From: an uncultured Lachnospiraceae bacterium
GTDB taxonomy: Bacteria; Bacillota; Clostridia; Oscillospirales; CAG-272
DNA length: 62,421 nt
Direction of reading: 5' to 3'
Assembly (NCBI GenBank): GCA_964603455.1
Contig: CAZRVL010000005.1
Span: 1-62,421, forward strand
The number at the start of each line of letters is the position of its first letter. Position 1 is the stretch's first letter. This document shows, one piece after another, positions 9,745-18,228 of this stretch. Under the pieces are notes generated by a model. That model saw only the letters and a program-made list of their open reading frames with translations. It was not told the DNA's origin and did not search any database. The translations under genes were made by a program, and so were the position numbers.

Positions 9745-9773
9745 TTGACAAATCGAAAAAAAAATAGTATAAT
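9745..9773 (+). promoter_or_regulatory. sigma-A promoter (perfect consensus)
   Basis: TTGACA-17 bp-TATAAT. Confidence 0.85.
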
Positions 9774-9839
9774 ATATTCATGAACTCAAAAACGAAAGTA
9801 ATTCATTTTCGTAATCAATGTTCAGGAGGATTTTTTAAA

Positions 9840-10266
9840 ATGAAATTTACCCGCGTTTTAGCCCTTGCACTTGCTGCTATTTGTGTTGTCTTCGCTTGCG
9901 CATCCTGCGGAGATGTCAATGCACCGATCATCAATGTTACTGTTAAGATAATCGCAGATGACGCTGAAGATCCGATACTCGACACTACCTTTGAGCTTCA
10001 GAGCAGCAATCCTACCGTTCTTGAGGCTGTTGTAGAAGCTTGTATCACCAATGAGATCGAATACCAGCTTTCTGAAGCAGAAGACTCTATACTTGACATC
10101 AAGGATTACAAGGACTACACCGAGAAGGACACTGGTATCGCTCATTATTGGATGTACTACATCAACGATGTTGAGCCGACTTCCGGAAAGGCTAATGTCA
10201 ATGCGGTCGCAGACGGAGATGTTATCACTTACACCTACGTTTCGTTCGACCCGGCAGAATCTAAAT
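9840..10266 (+). CDS. Lipoprotein with DUF4430 (transcobalamin C-terminal-like) domain
   Basis: Lipobox FACASC; TVLEA; YWMYYIND; VADGDVITYTY. Start ATG 9840 after AGGAGG; ends ESK followed by TAA. Confidence 0.7.
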
Positions 10267-10271
10267 AATTT

Positions 10272-10301
10272 AAAAGCCGGATTTTTCCGGCTTTTCTTTT
10301 T
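10272..10301 (+). terminator. Intrinsic terminator
   Basis: AAAAGCCGGA-TTTT-TCCGGCTTTT followed by CTTTTT. Confidence 0.8.
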
Positions 10302-10316
10302 GGAAATAAATAAGTA

Positions 10317-11051
10317 ATGGTAAAAATACTGTCTATCGGAAACAGCTTTTCGCAGGACGCGCACAAATGGCTTCACAGTATTGCCAAAGCCAATGGTATC
10401 GAAATACTTACAAAGAATCTTTATATCGGCGGATGCTCCCTCGAACAGCATTGGAACAACTTTGAAATATGCGCCGACTTATATTCTTATGAGCACAACG
10501 GCATAACCGAAAATATGCCGCATTTCTCGATACAGGCGGCTCTCAATGCCGAAGATTGGGATATTATAACAGTCCAACAGCAGAGCGGACGCGCTGGTCG
10601 ATATGATACCTACATTCCATATCTGCCGAAGCTGATCGAAAATATAAAAAATATATGTCCGAATGTCGCATTGTGGTTTCATGAAACATGGGAATACGAA
10701 AATGGTTCTGTACATCCGGATTTTCCGTTTTATGAAAACAACAGCGACATCATGTATGGAATGATCTATGCGACCTCACACACGATCACTGAGAGATACG
10801 GACTTTCGCTGATACCGTCCGGAGAAGCTGTGCATGATATAAAAAAGCTCGATGAATTTATTCCTTCAAAAGGCGGCATATCTATATACCGCGATGCGTT
10901 TCACATGAATTTTATATACGGACGTATGCTGCTCGGCTATCTTTGGTACAAAAAGCTAATCGGAATATCTCCGTTGAACAATACATTCGTTCCCGAAGGG
11001 GCAGACAAAGCACTTTTGAAGCTGTTACAGGTTACTGCCGATAAATTTTGA
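10317..11051 (+). CDS. SGNH-like hydrolase, DUF4886 family
   Basis: KILSIGNSFSQD, LYIGGCSLEQH, WDIITVQQ, HETW, RDAFH. Confidence 0.75.
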   Translation: MVKILSIGNSFSQDAHKWLHSIAKANGIEILTKNLYIGGCSLEQHWNNFEICADLYSYEHNGITENMPHFSIQAALNAEDWDIITVQQQSGRAGRYDTYIPYLPKLIENIKNICPNVALWFHETWEYENGSVHPDFPFYENNSDIMYGMIYATSHTITERYGLSLIPSGEAVHDIKKLDEFIPSKGGISIYRDAFHMNFIYGRMLLGYLWYKKLIGISPLNNTFVPEGADKALLKLLQVTADKF

Positions 11052-11056
11052 ACAAC

Positions 11057-11087
11057 AAAAGCTCCCCGACCGAATATCGGGGAGCTT
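11057..11087. terminator. Terminator hairpin between convergent genes
   Basis: AAGCTCCCCGA...TCGGGGAGCTT. Confidence 0.75.
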
Positions 11088-11095
11088 CGCATTTT

Positions 11096-12346
11096 TTAAT
11101 ATTTTGCGCTTATTATCTTAAGTAAGGACAGACGCTTTCTGACATACGGCGCATATGCCAACGTCCTTTTCACAAATTCCGGATCGTTCGGCAGTCCAAG
11201 CTCATCGAGAGTTGACGGCGCACCTGCGATCTTAAGATAACGCTCCAATTTTTCGGGAGAAATCAGCGAAACGATCTCACGATCGGCAAGCTCTGACTGC
11301 TCGCGTGTAGCCTTGAAATTGAGCGGCGAGGAATATATATCGCCTTCTGAAATGTTCTCGGCAAGTATACCGTCTGTCAGCTCACCGAATGCACTTTCCA
11401 CATAGCTGTGGTCAAATGTAGCCTTAAGGTCAGGTTTTTTTGTAAAATCAAAGTCTTCATTCTCATGGTAAAATTTCGAAAGCAGCAGCGAAGCTACACC
11501 GACCTGCTCACCGTGCAGTGCGCTTGTCGGTTCGTTTATAACGTGCATTTCCCAGAGATGCGAAAGATGGTGTTCAGAGCCCGAAGCCGGTCTTGAATTG
11601 CCCTGAAGCTGCATTGAAAGTCCTGCAAGCACCAATGATTCCATTACCGCGCCGGTATATTCCTTTGAATTATCGGTAAATTCTCCGGCAGCCTTTCTTT
11701 CGAGCAGACCTTCGAGCTTTTCAAGTGCATTTTCCATAAGTCCGAAAATCTCCGGGCATATCTTCTCACCTGTCAATATCTTAGCTATTTTCCAGTCACA
11801 GAGAGCTGTAAATTTTCCGAGAATATCACTTACTCCGGATGCGGTAAGACGCGCCGGTGCATCGGAAAATACATCCTCATCGGCAAAAAGTGCTATCGGT
11901 GCGGCAGCCGGTGTTGAAAGCTTCTGTCCGCCCCAGGTCATAGCCGCAACTGTCGAGACAAATCCGTCAACACTTGCAGCTGTCGGGAAGGAAACGAATG
12001 GGACATTCATCTTATCGCCGCAGTAGCGCGTTATATCGTGAAGAGAACCCGAACCGCAGGCGATCATCAGATCATATTTTCCGCCTTCAAGCCTTTCAAG
12101 GAGCGGTGCAACACCGAGCTCATTAGCATGCGAATTTCCGGGAAGAACTATCCTCTCGCAGTTTATAAGACGATCCGCATATTTTTCGGTATTCGTGTCG
12201 CAGACTATGAGCTGGGATTTGAAGCTCTTTGCAAACTCATTGAGCTGCTGTGCGGCATTTTTACCGACATATACTGTATCCGTCACCATCGAATGCTTAT
12301 CACCGCAGGAGCAGAAGGCGGCTATTTTTTTTGCTGTATTTAACAT
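11096..12346 (-). CDS. sn-glycerol-1-phosphate dehydrogenase (AraM/EgsA family)
   Basis: GSGSLHDITRY, FPTAASVDGF, SRPASGSEHHLSH, LHGEQVG. Confidence 0.85.
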   Translation of the reverse strand: MLNTAKKIAAFCSCGDKHSMVTDTVYVGKNAAQQLNEFAKSFKSQLIVCDTNTEKYADRLINCERIVLPGNSHANELGVAPLLERLEGGKYDLMIACGSGSLHDITRYCGDKMNVPFVSFPTAASVDGFVSTVAAMTWGGQKLSTPAAAPIALFADEDVFSDAPARLTASGVSDILGKFTALCDWKIAKILTGEKICPEIFGLMENALEKLEGLLERKAAGEFTDNSKEYTGAVMESLVLAGLSMQLQGNSRPASGSEHHLSHLWEMHVINEPTSALHGEQVGVASLLLSKFYHENEDFDFTKKPDLKATFDHSYVESAFGELTDGILAENISEGDIYSSPLNFKATREQSELADREIVSLISPEKLERYLKIAGAPSTLDELGLPNDPEFVKRTLAYAPYVRKRLSLLKIISAKY

Positions 12347-12392
12347 AATGATTTTTCACCATAGCTTTTTCAAAGCAAAAGTTTCCTTTTTT

Positions 12393-12421
12393 GCATATTT
12401 TTTATTTTTCTCCAATATAAT
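12393..12421 (+). promoter_or_regulatory. Possible sporulation sigma (SigE-like) promoter
   Basis: GCATA ... AATATAAT upstream of the DUF4830 gene. No sigma-A -35 is evident. Confidence 0.35.
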
Positions 12422-12480
12422 CAAGTACACGTTTGAATCGAAGCTTTCAAACACGATCAACATATATTTTGGAGGTAGAA

Positions 12481-12969
12481 ATGTTTATATATTCACTCAG
12501 AGGGAGTACACTGAAATTCTTCGGAGTAACCACGGCAGCACTTGTTGCCTTAGTCACACTGCTCTTCTTTATTCCGGCAGCACCGAATACTGCCGAAGTG
12601 GCAGGCAGTATAGATGTTTCCGAATCGGTGAGATATGACAAGATCAAGACTGCCGAGGATCGTCTGGAATTTTTGCGCAGCTTAGGGTGGGAGGTAGAAA
12701 CGAAACCGATCGAAGAGGCCGATGTGACGATACCGGCTGAATTTGACAAGGTATTCAAGGCATACAACGAGCTTCAGCGTGAGCAGGGCTTTGACCTGAC
12801 AAAGTATCAAAAAAAACAGGTCAAGCGTTATACATACCGTGTGACGAACTATCCGAATTATTCGGGCGAGGTATATTTATCTATACTCATGTCAAAAAAC
12901 AAGGTCATAGGTGCAGACATATGCTCGGCTGATGCCAATGGGTTCATACACGGACTGCAAAAGCAATAA
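12481..12969 (+). CDS. DUF4830 domain protein
   Basis: FLRSLGWEV, IPAEFDKV, YNELQ..QGFDL, RYTY.VTNY, IGADI. SD GGAGGT. Confidence 0.8.
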   Translation: MFIYSLRGSTLKFFGVTTAALVALVTLLFFIPAAPNTAEVAGSIDVSESVRYDKIKTAEDRLEFLRSLGWEVETKPIEEADVTIPAEFDKVFKAYNELQREQGFDLTKYQKKQVKRYTYRVTNYPNYSGEVYLSILMSKNKVIGADICSADANGFIHGLQKQ

Positions 12970-13011
12970 ACAACGCTGTTCCGCTCTGAACTCCTACCAT
13001 ATAAGCCGTAT

Positions 13012-13048
13012 GGGGAGAGAAACCGAAACGGTTCTCTCCCCTTACTTT
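13012..13048. terminator. Strong hairpin between convergent genes
   Basis: GGGGAGAGAAACCG-AAA-CGGTTCTCTCCCC followed by TTACTTT. Confidence 0.7.
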
Positions 13049-13076
13049 ATCAGAAATATCAAAGAACTATAATATT

Positions 13077-16000
13077 TTATTCTCCGAGACCTGCTTTTAC
13101 AAAGCAGTAACGCTCACGCCAACCGTTCGGAGTGTAATTTCCGCGAGGTGAGAAGCTGTACGGACCTATTCCGTAAGGTTCACCGGCAGGATTGTGATGC
13201 GGTCCCATAAGGTTGCGGTTCGGTATAACAAGCTCTATCGTGATCTTTGCTTCCTTGCCGGGTTTTACAAAATCGGTAATATCGGCTTCATAATCCGACC
13301 AGAGCAGAGTCTTTACCGGCTTATCATCGACATATACCTTTGCAAGAGCGGCATACGGTCTCGGTAATTTGACAGCTATGCGTTTTCCGTAGGACTTCTT
13401 GATCTTTACGGTCTGCGAAAGCTTGATCCTTCCTGCGAAGAATGTGTATCCCTGAGGAACGATGTCACCGCCGACAAATTCGGTATTTGCATTGGTTATA
13501 TAGAATCCACCATCTGTGAAAAGCGCACGGCGAACGCCTTCTGTATATCCGGACTTCGAATATACGCTGAAATCTCCGACAAGATACAGGCTCTCAAGCT
13601 CGGTATCATATGTAAGCTTATTTCTCTCGGTCTCAAGAACATTCTCGCCAAAGAGAACATCATATACCTTCTGACGCTGTGAGAAGGCACCGTCAACGAT
13701 TATCTCATTCATTCCGTTCTTAACGAACTGACGTATGTCAATAGCCTTGAAGCTCTTATCTACCCACCATGAGCGTCCATCCCACTTGACCTCGTTTCCG
13801 TTCACGAATATCTTAAATTCATCGGTGAACTCCGAAACGAGCTTGAAGTTCTTCATGTCGCGTATTCTTGCGGCATCGTCAACCTCAAATGTAAAGCGCA
13901 GCTTGAGCTTATCATTTGCACGCTTCGAGAGAAGTATCTCCATAATGTCGAGCACATTGCGCGGCTCGGAGTATTCATCACCATCACCGAGGATATACTG
14001 ACAGGTATCGAGCGTCATAGCGTTATCATCCGCATCTTCGAGCGACCAATCATGTCCGAGCGGCAGAGTGAGCATAGGCTTCTTTGCCTTCTTGGCTTCG
14101 GGCAGATCGTTACCTGCAAGTATCATATAGGACTGCATCGGCTCGAAATGAAGTGATATGACTGTCTTTCCGTCCTGCTCGACAGAATCAAGCTCTCTTG
14201 CTTCCATAGAAACAAGGTCGAAAGATACAGCCTTCGAATCGGTATCAAGGATGATCTTTGCATCATACGAATGCTCCTTGTCCTGGTTCTGGAAGAAATA
14301 TGCCTTTCCGTCGGAAAGCAGATTCACACGGCAGTGGATAGAACCGATCTCACCGTTTCTGTCTGATACTGTGATGGTTTTGAGTCCGTGCTTTGTGAGC
14401 GCATATGTGAGGAGTTCGCTGTCGTTTACAGGGAGAACCTCGACTTTATCCATAAGCGTCTTGAGTTCTTCACTGACAACACCTTCGATAAGCGTCGGCT
14501 TCTCACCGAGTGCAAGTATCTTTCCGCCGTTATCGGCAAAATTGACGAGCAGTTCAAAGGTCGATCTGTCGAGAGTACGCATAGCTGGGAGCACGACAGT
14601 GCTGTATGAGCAAAGTCCGACCTTGAGAATATTTCCCTTTACAGAGGCGTGCTCGCGCATTACGACTTCATCGCCGAGATGGTAGCCTATGTGATTGCCC
14701 GAAAGTATTCTCAGAGCCTCAAAGAGCTTGGAATCATATTTCTGGAGTTCTGCACTGTTAGAGCCGTTGTATGCGATATAGCCTGTGTGCATCGGATGTA
14801 TGAGCAGCACGTCAGCCGATTCATCGGATTCCGCTATGATCTTTCCGAGACGTGCAAAATAGTCGTTGAACGCCTTATAGTCATTCCACCAGGGAGACTG
14901 ATAGAACATACAGACCGGATAGTCACGCTTGCGCAGACCGCGTATCGAATAGCCCTCAAGATGCTGGCACATGAAGTTTATGCCGTTCAAATACTGCCAT
15001 TCCGCGATCCATTTCAGCTCCTCAAAGCTTACATCCCATCCGCAACAAGCAAAAGTTTCTGAGAGAACGAATTTTTTGCCGAGCTGCTTTGCTACAGAGC
15101 CTACCTGCTTCGGGATGAGCGGACTTGCGATATTGCGTCCGAGCCAGTCCATTCCGGGAATGTGCATATACTGATAGAGCGGCATTACACCGGCTGTAGC
15201 CGACATCTGAGCGTACAGGCTGTCCTCCATCATTGCGTGACCGGTAAATTTGCAGTTATGCTCATTGCACCAGTCATATATCTGCTTGCCGAATGAATCG
15301 GTATAGAGACGGCTGACTGTACGCCAGAACTCAAATCTGAACTTTTCATATCCTTCGCGTTCGGTAAAGAGCAGCGGCAGATACGGTATCGGATCATATC
15401 CATTGTCCTTCTCGAACTCCTCCGGAAGAACATACGACCACGGAGTCTTCGAACGCGAGAACTGCGGCTCATCGGTAAAGAATCCGGGCATAGTCGCACC
15501 GCCGAAATCCTCACCGAGCTTTTCGGCATATACATCATATGTACACTTCAAGAATGCGCGAACGACCATCGGACTCAAAATATCAACATAATTCTCGTTC
15601 TTGTCGTGAGATACAAAATACAGCTTTTCATCAGCTTTAAGTGCAGCCTTAGCAGCTCTGATCTTTTCGCCGAGATAGCGGCAGGTCTTGTCGTTTATTC
15701 CGTAGAATCCGAGCACCTTTCCCTCGGGTGTTGCCGATTCATACGGCTTGAAGATGAGCCAACGCACATGATAGCGGTCTCCCATTCCCGAAACTATACC
15801 GCCGCCGAAGCCGCTGGGCCAACCGTTTTCATCATAGCTCCAAGATTCCATTCCGACCTTTTTGCCCTCATCAACACAGGCCTTGATGCACTCAAACCAA
15901 TCATCCGACAGATATTCGGTTATGAGACCTCCGCGTGCGTGCATAAAATATCCGCCAAGTCCGACACGCTTCATCTCGCGTATCTGCCAACGAAGCATTT

Positions 16001-16088
16001 CTGGGTCTAATTTGTCGTTCCATGACCAGAACGGATGACCTCTGTATTCAGAAGTCGGATTTTCAAGTTCTTTGATAAGTTCTTTCAT
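13077..16088 (-). CDS. Large cytoplasmic glycoside hydrolase (GH106-like)
   Basis: PFWSWND, GGYFMHAR.GL, YDENGWPSGFGGG, GFFTDEP, LSETFACCGW. No signal peptide. Confidence 0.75.
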   Translation of the reverse strand: MKELIKELENPTSEYRGHPFWSWNDKLDPEMLRWQIREMKRVGLGGYFMHARGGLITEYLSDDWFECIKACVDEGKKVGMESWSYDENGWPSGFGGGIVSGMGDRYHVRWLIFKPYESATPEGKVLGFYGINDKTCRYLGEKIRAAKAALKADEKLYFVSHDKNENYVDILSPMVVRAFLKCTYDVYAEKLGEDFGGATMPGFFTDEPQFSRSKTPWSYVLPEEFEKDNGYDPIPYLPLLFTEREGYEKFRFEFWRTVSRLYTDSFGKQIYDWCNEHNCKFTGHAMMEDSLYAQMSATAGVMPLYQYMHIPGMDWLGRNIASPLIPKQVGSVAKQLGKKFVLSETFACCGWDVSFEELKWIAEWQYLNGINFMCQHLEGYSIRGLRKRDYPVCMFYQSPWWNDYKAFNDYFARLGKIIAESDESADVLLIHPMHTGYIAYNGSNSAELQKYDSKLFEALRILSGNHIGYHLGDEVVMREHASVKGNILKVGLCSYSTVVLPAMRTLDRSTFELLVNFADNGGKILALGEKPTLIEGVVSEELKTLMDKVEVLPVNDSELLTYALTKHGLKTITVSDRNGEIGSIHCRVNLLSDGKAYFFQNQDKEHSYDAKIILDTDSKAVSFDLVSMEARELDSVEQDGKTVISLHFEPMQSYMILAGNDLPEAKKAKKPMLTLPLGHDWSLEDADDNAMTLDTCQYILGDGDEYSEPRNVLDIMEILLSKRANDKLKLRFTFEVDDAARIRDMKNFKLVSEFTDEFKIFVNGNEVKWDGRSWWVDKSFKAIDIRQFVKNGMNEIIVDGAFSQRQKVYDVLFGENVLETERNKLTYDTELESLYLVGDFSVYSKSGYTEGVRRALFTDGGFYITNANTEFVGGDIVPQGYTFFAGRIKLSQTVKIKKSYGKRIAVKLPRPYAALAKVYVDDKPVKTLLWSDYEADITDFVKPGKEAKITIELVIPNRNLMGPHHNPAGEPYGIGPYSFSPRGNYTPNGWRERYCFVKAGLGE

Positions 16089-16109
16089 TTTAAGATAGTT
16101 TCCTTTCGG

Positions 16110-17474
16110 TTACATAAATTTATATTCGACTTGATCGTAAAGTGCACCAGAGCAGGATTTTTGATACAATATCCAAATTACAGAAGCTATGAGCGGTATC
16201 CACCAAAACTCCGAAAGCTCGGCATTTATCTCGGCTCTGAAAATCGTCATCACAAGATTCAGCGCAAAGCATACGGCGAACAAAGCCATCGAAATTATAA
16301 ATTTTTTATCAAGTTCTTTCTGACTCGATTTGTAAATGTTTACAAGACGTTTGTCAGACATATTTTTATCTGGTGAGAGCCAGAGAACGATAAGCCTTCG
16401 AAGCTCACTTATCATGAGCAGTATAACTGCCGCCTGAAAGATATATTCTACAGCTGAAGCGATCCTTGTATAAGTGTAAAGATCATATGCCTCAAAGCGG
16501 TACATAACATCTGTGAGCGAATAATTCGTAGTAAATACTATCGACAGCGCGTATGACAATGCCGAAATGACAGTATAGACTATCGAGATAAGGAAGCCTC
16601 TCTGAGCGGTCTTCGAATATTTTCTGAGCTTCGCAAAGCCTACCAATGTAAATACCGCTCCGACAAAATTCGGTATCACGTTAAATTCATCCATCCAGAT
16701 ATTCATTATGAAAACCGTTCCGGCGGTAAAAAATATCAGGAGCGACTTCAAGCTGCGTCTTATACTAAGTCCTTTATTTGAAGCTATCTCGGCATCATAC
16801 TGCTCGACAACTCTGTTCAGAAAATCGGTTTCCTTTGATATTCGCTTTATATACGGGATCAGAGTTATCAGCCACATCACACCGATAAGAGTCGTCAAAA
16901 ACAGACCTACAAGCAAAAGTGCGGATTTATAATCCGCGAAGTTTATCTGAACTCCGCTCGTTACATATCCATCATATTCGTAGTCAGAGAGCGAGCAAAG
17001 CTCCGGAAGGACAGTCAATACAGCCTTTCCGATACAGAATATGTAGGTTATCGCCGTGACATTCTTATAATTTTTATATACCGCACGTCCGCCAAAGCGA
17101 GTCGCAAAATATTCAAATCCATCGAATATGCGACCGATAGCGGGATACAAATATATCATCTCGATTATCGCAAAGCCGAATGTCAAAACAAGCACGAACG
17201 TATCATCATTTAATGGGACAAGTATCATGGCTGCCGCCTTCAAAAGCATGAACCATTTCAGCCTTTCAAGCCCCTGAAGCGCATCCGCTATACTCGGGCA
17301 TAGGTCACCCCATTTTCTGAGTCCGTTTATCAAAAAGACCACACCGAAGAAGTCCGGGAGCAGATCGATAATATTTATACAAGGATTGAAAAGGAATACT
17401 GCCGCTGCAATGAGCCAACCGAGTCCCATTTTTTTGGCAGGCGATTCGTTTTTGATTTTTTCTTGTGCAGTCAT
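16110..17474 (-). CDS. Hypothetical polytopic membrane protein (internal duplication)
   Basis: About 10 hydrophobic segments with two copies of an F-x-N...(D/N)xxP(D/N)xxG motif. SD AAAGGAG. Confidence 0.8.
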   Translation of the reverse strand: MTAQEKIKNESPAKKMGLGWLIAAAVFLFNPCINIIDLLPDFFGVVFLINGLRKWGDLCPSIADALQGLERLKWFMLLKAAAMILVPLNDDTFVLVLTFGFAIIEMIYLYPAIGRIFDGFEYFATRFGGRAVYKNYKNVTAITYIFCIGKAVLTVLPELCSLSDYEYDGYVTSGVQINFADYKSALLLVGLFLTTLIGVMWLITLIPYIKRISKETDFLNRVVEQYDAEIASNKGLSIRRSLKSLLIFFTAGTVFIMNIWMDEFNVIPNFVGAVFTLVGFAKLRKYSKTAQRGFLISIVYTVISALSYALSIVFTTNYSLTDVMYRFEAYDLYTYTRIASAVEYIFQAAVILLMISELRRLIVLWLSPDKNMSDKRLVNIYKSSQKELDKKFIISMALFAVCFALNLVMTIFRAEINAELSEFWWIPLIASVIWILYQKSCSGALYDQVEYKFM

Positions 17475-17486
17475 TATTGGACTCCT

Positions 17487-18149
17487 TTATTTTTTCTTTT
17501 TCTTACTTTTGAGATACTTAACTATTTGGTCGTGAGAATTTTCACGATAAGGCATATCCTCGTCTCCCTCAAGACATATGCGCATATAGCAGGTCAGTAT
17601 AAGTGCGAAAGTGAATAACATCCACAGACTTCCCAAAATGTATATCGTAAGATTGATATACGAAAGCACCATATCATGACTTTCAGACAACGATGCTATA
17701 ATATCGGTAATGCCCGTAACAGACAGAAATTCGCATATGTAATACAAAAGCGTTAAGACCAGCATTCTCCGAGAACGGTTCGCGATCTTAGGAAGTCCGA
17801 CTTCTTTTGCGAGCTTGAATATGCCGACAAAAAACGACACATGGAAGAGTCCTATCGCAACAGTATAAAGAAAGCTCACAGGTGTATAAAAGTACTGTTT
17901 AAGCCCCTCTGTCAGCATACCGGAGGTCTCGGCAAACTGACATCCCAAAATGACTATTGACAGCACCGCAGAAGCATACAATACCAAACGTGAATATGCA
18001 AAGCCCTTATTATCTCTGCAATGCAGTATCAGCTTGCTCACACCCGAAAGCATGATAAGACATCCGACAATATCCGGAAGTATGTCTATTCCTCCGACCG
18101 GAAGATTCAGCATGAAAAAATAACCGATCAAAACAAGTCCGAAACCCAA
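17487..18149 (-). CDS. Hypothetical membrane protein (single copy of the same domain)
   Basis: TTG start with GGAGGT; about 5 hydrophobic segments; NLPVGGIDILPDIVG. Confidence 0.8.
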   Translation of the reverse strand: MGFGLVLIGYFFMLNLPVGGIDILPDIVGCLIMLSGVSKLILHCRDNKGFAYSRLVLYASAVLSIVILGCQFAETSGMLTEGLKQYFYTPVSFLYTVAIGLFHVSFFVGIFKLAKEVGLPKIANRSRRMLVLTLLYYICEFLSVTGITDIIASLSESHDMVLSYINLTIYILGSLWMLFTFALILTCYMRICLEGDEDMPYRENSHDQIVKYLKSKKKKK

Positions 18150-18187
18150 TTTCTTTTACCTCCGGTCGAGAATATCGACATATATTC

Positions 18188-18217
18188 CGTAAAGGCGGAA
18201 AATATTCCGCCTTTACG
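18188..18217. other. 13-bp perfect hairpin after secA (terminator or mRNA-stabilising element)
   Basis: CGTAAAGGCGGAA-AATA-TTCCGCCTTTACG, with no U-tract on the secA strand. Confidence 0.6.
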
Positions 18218-18228
18218 ATAGTAACAGA

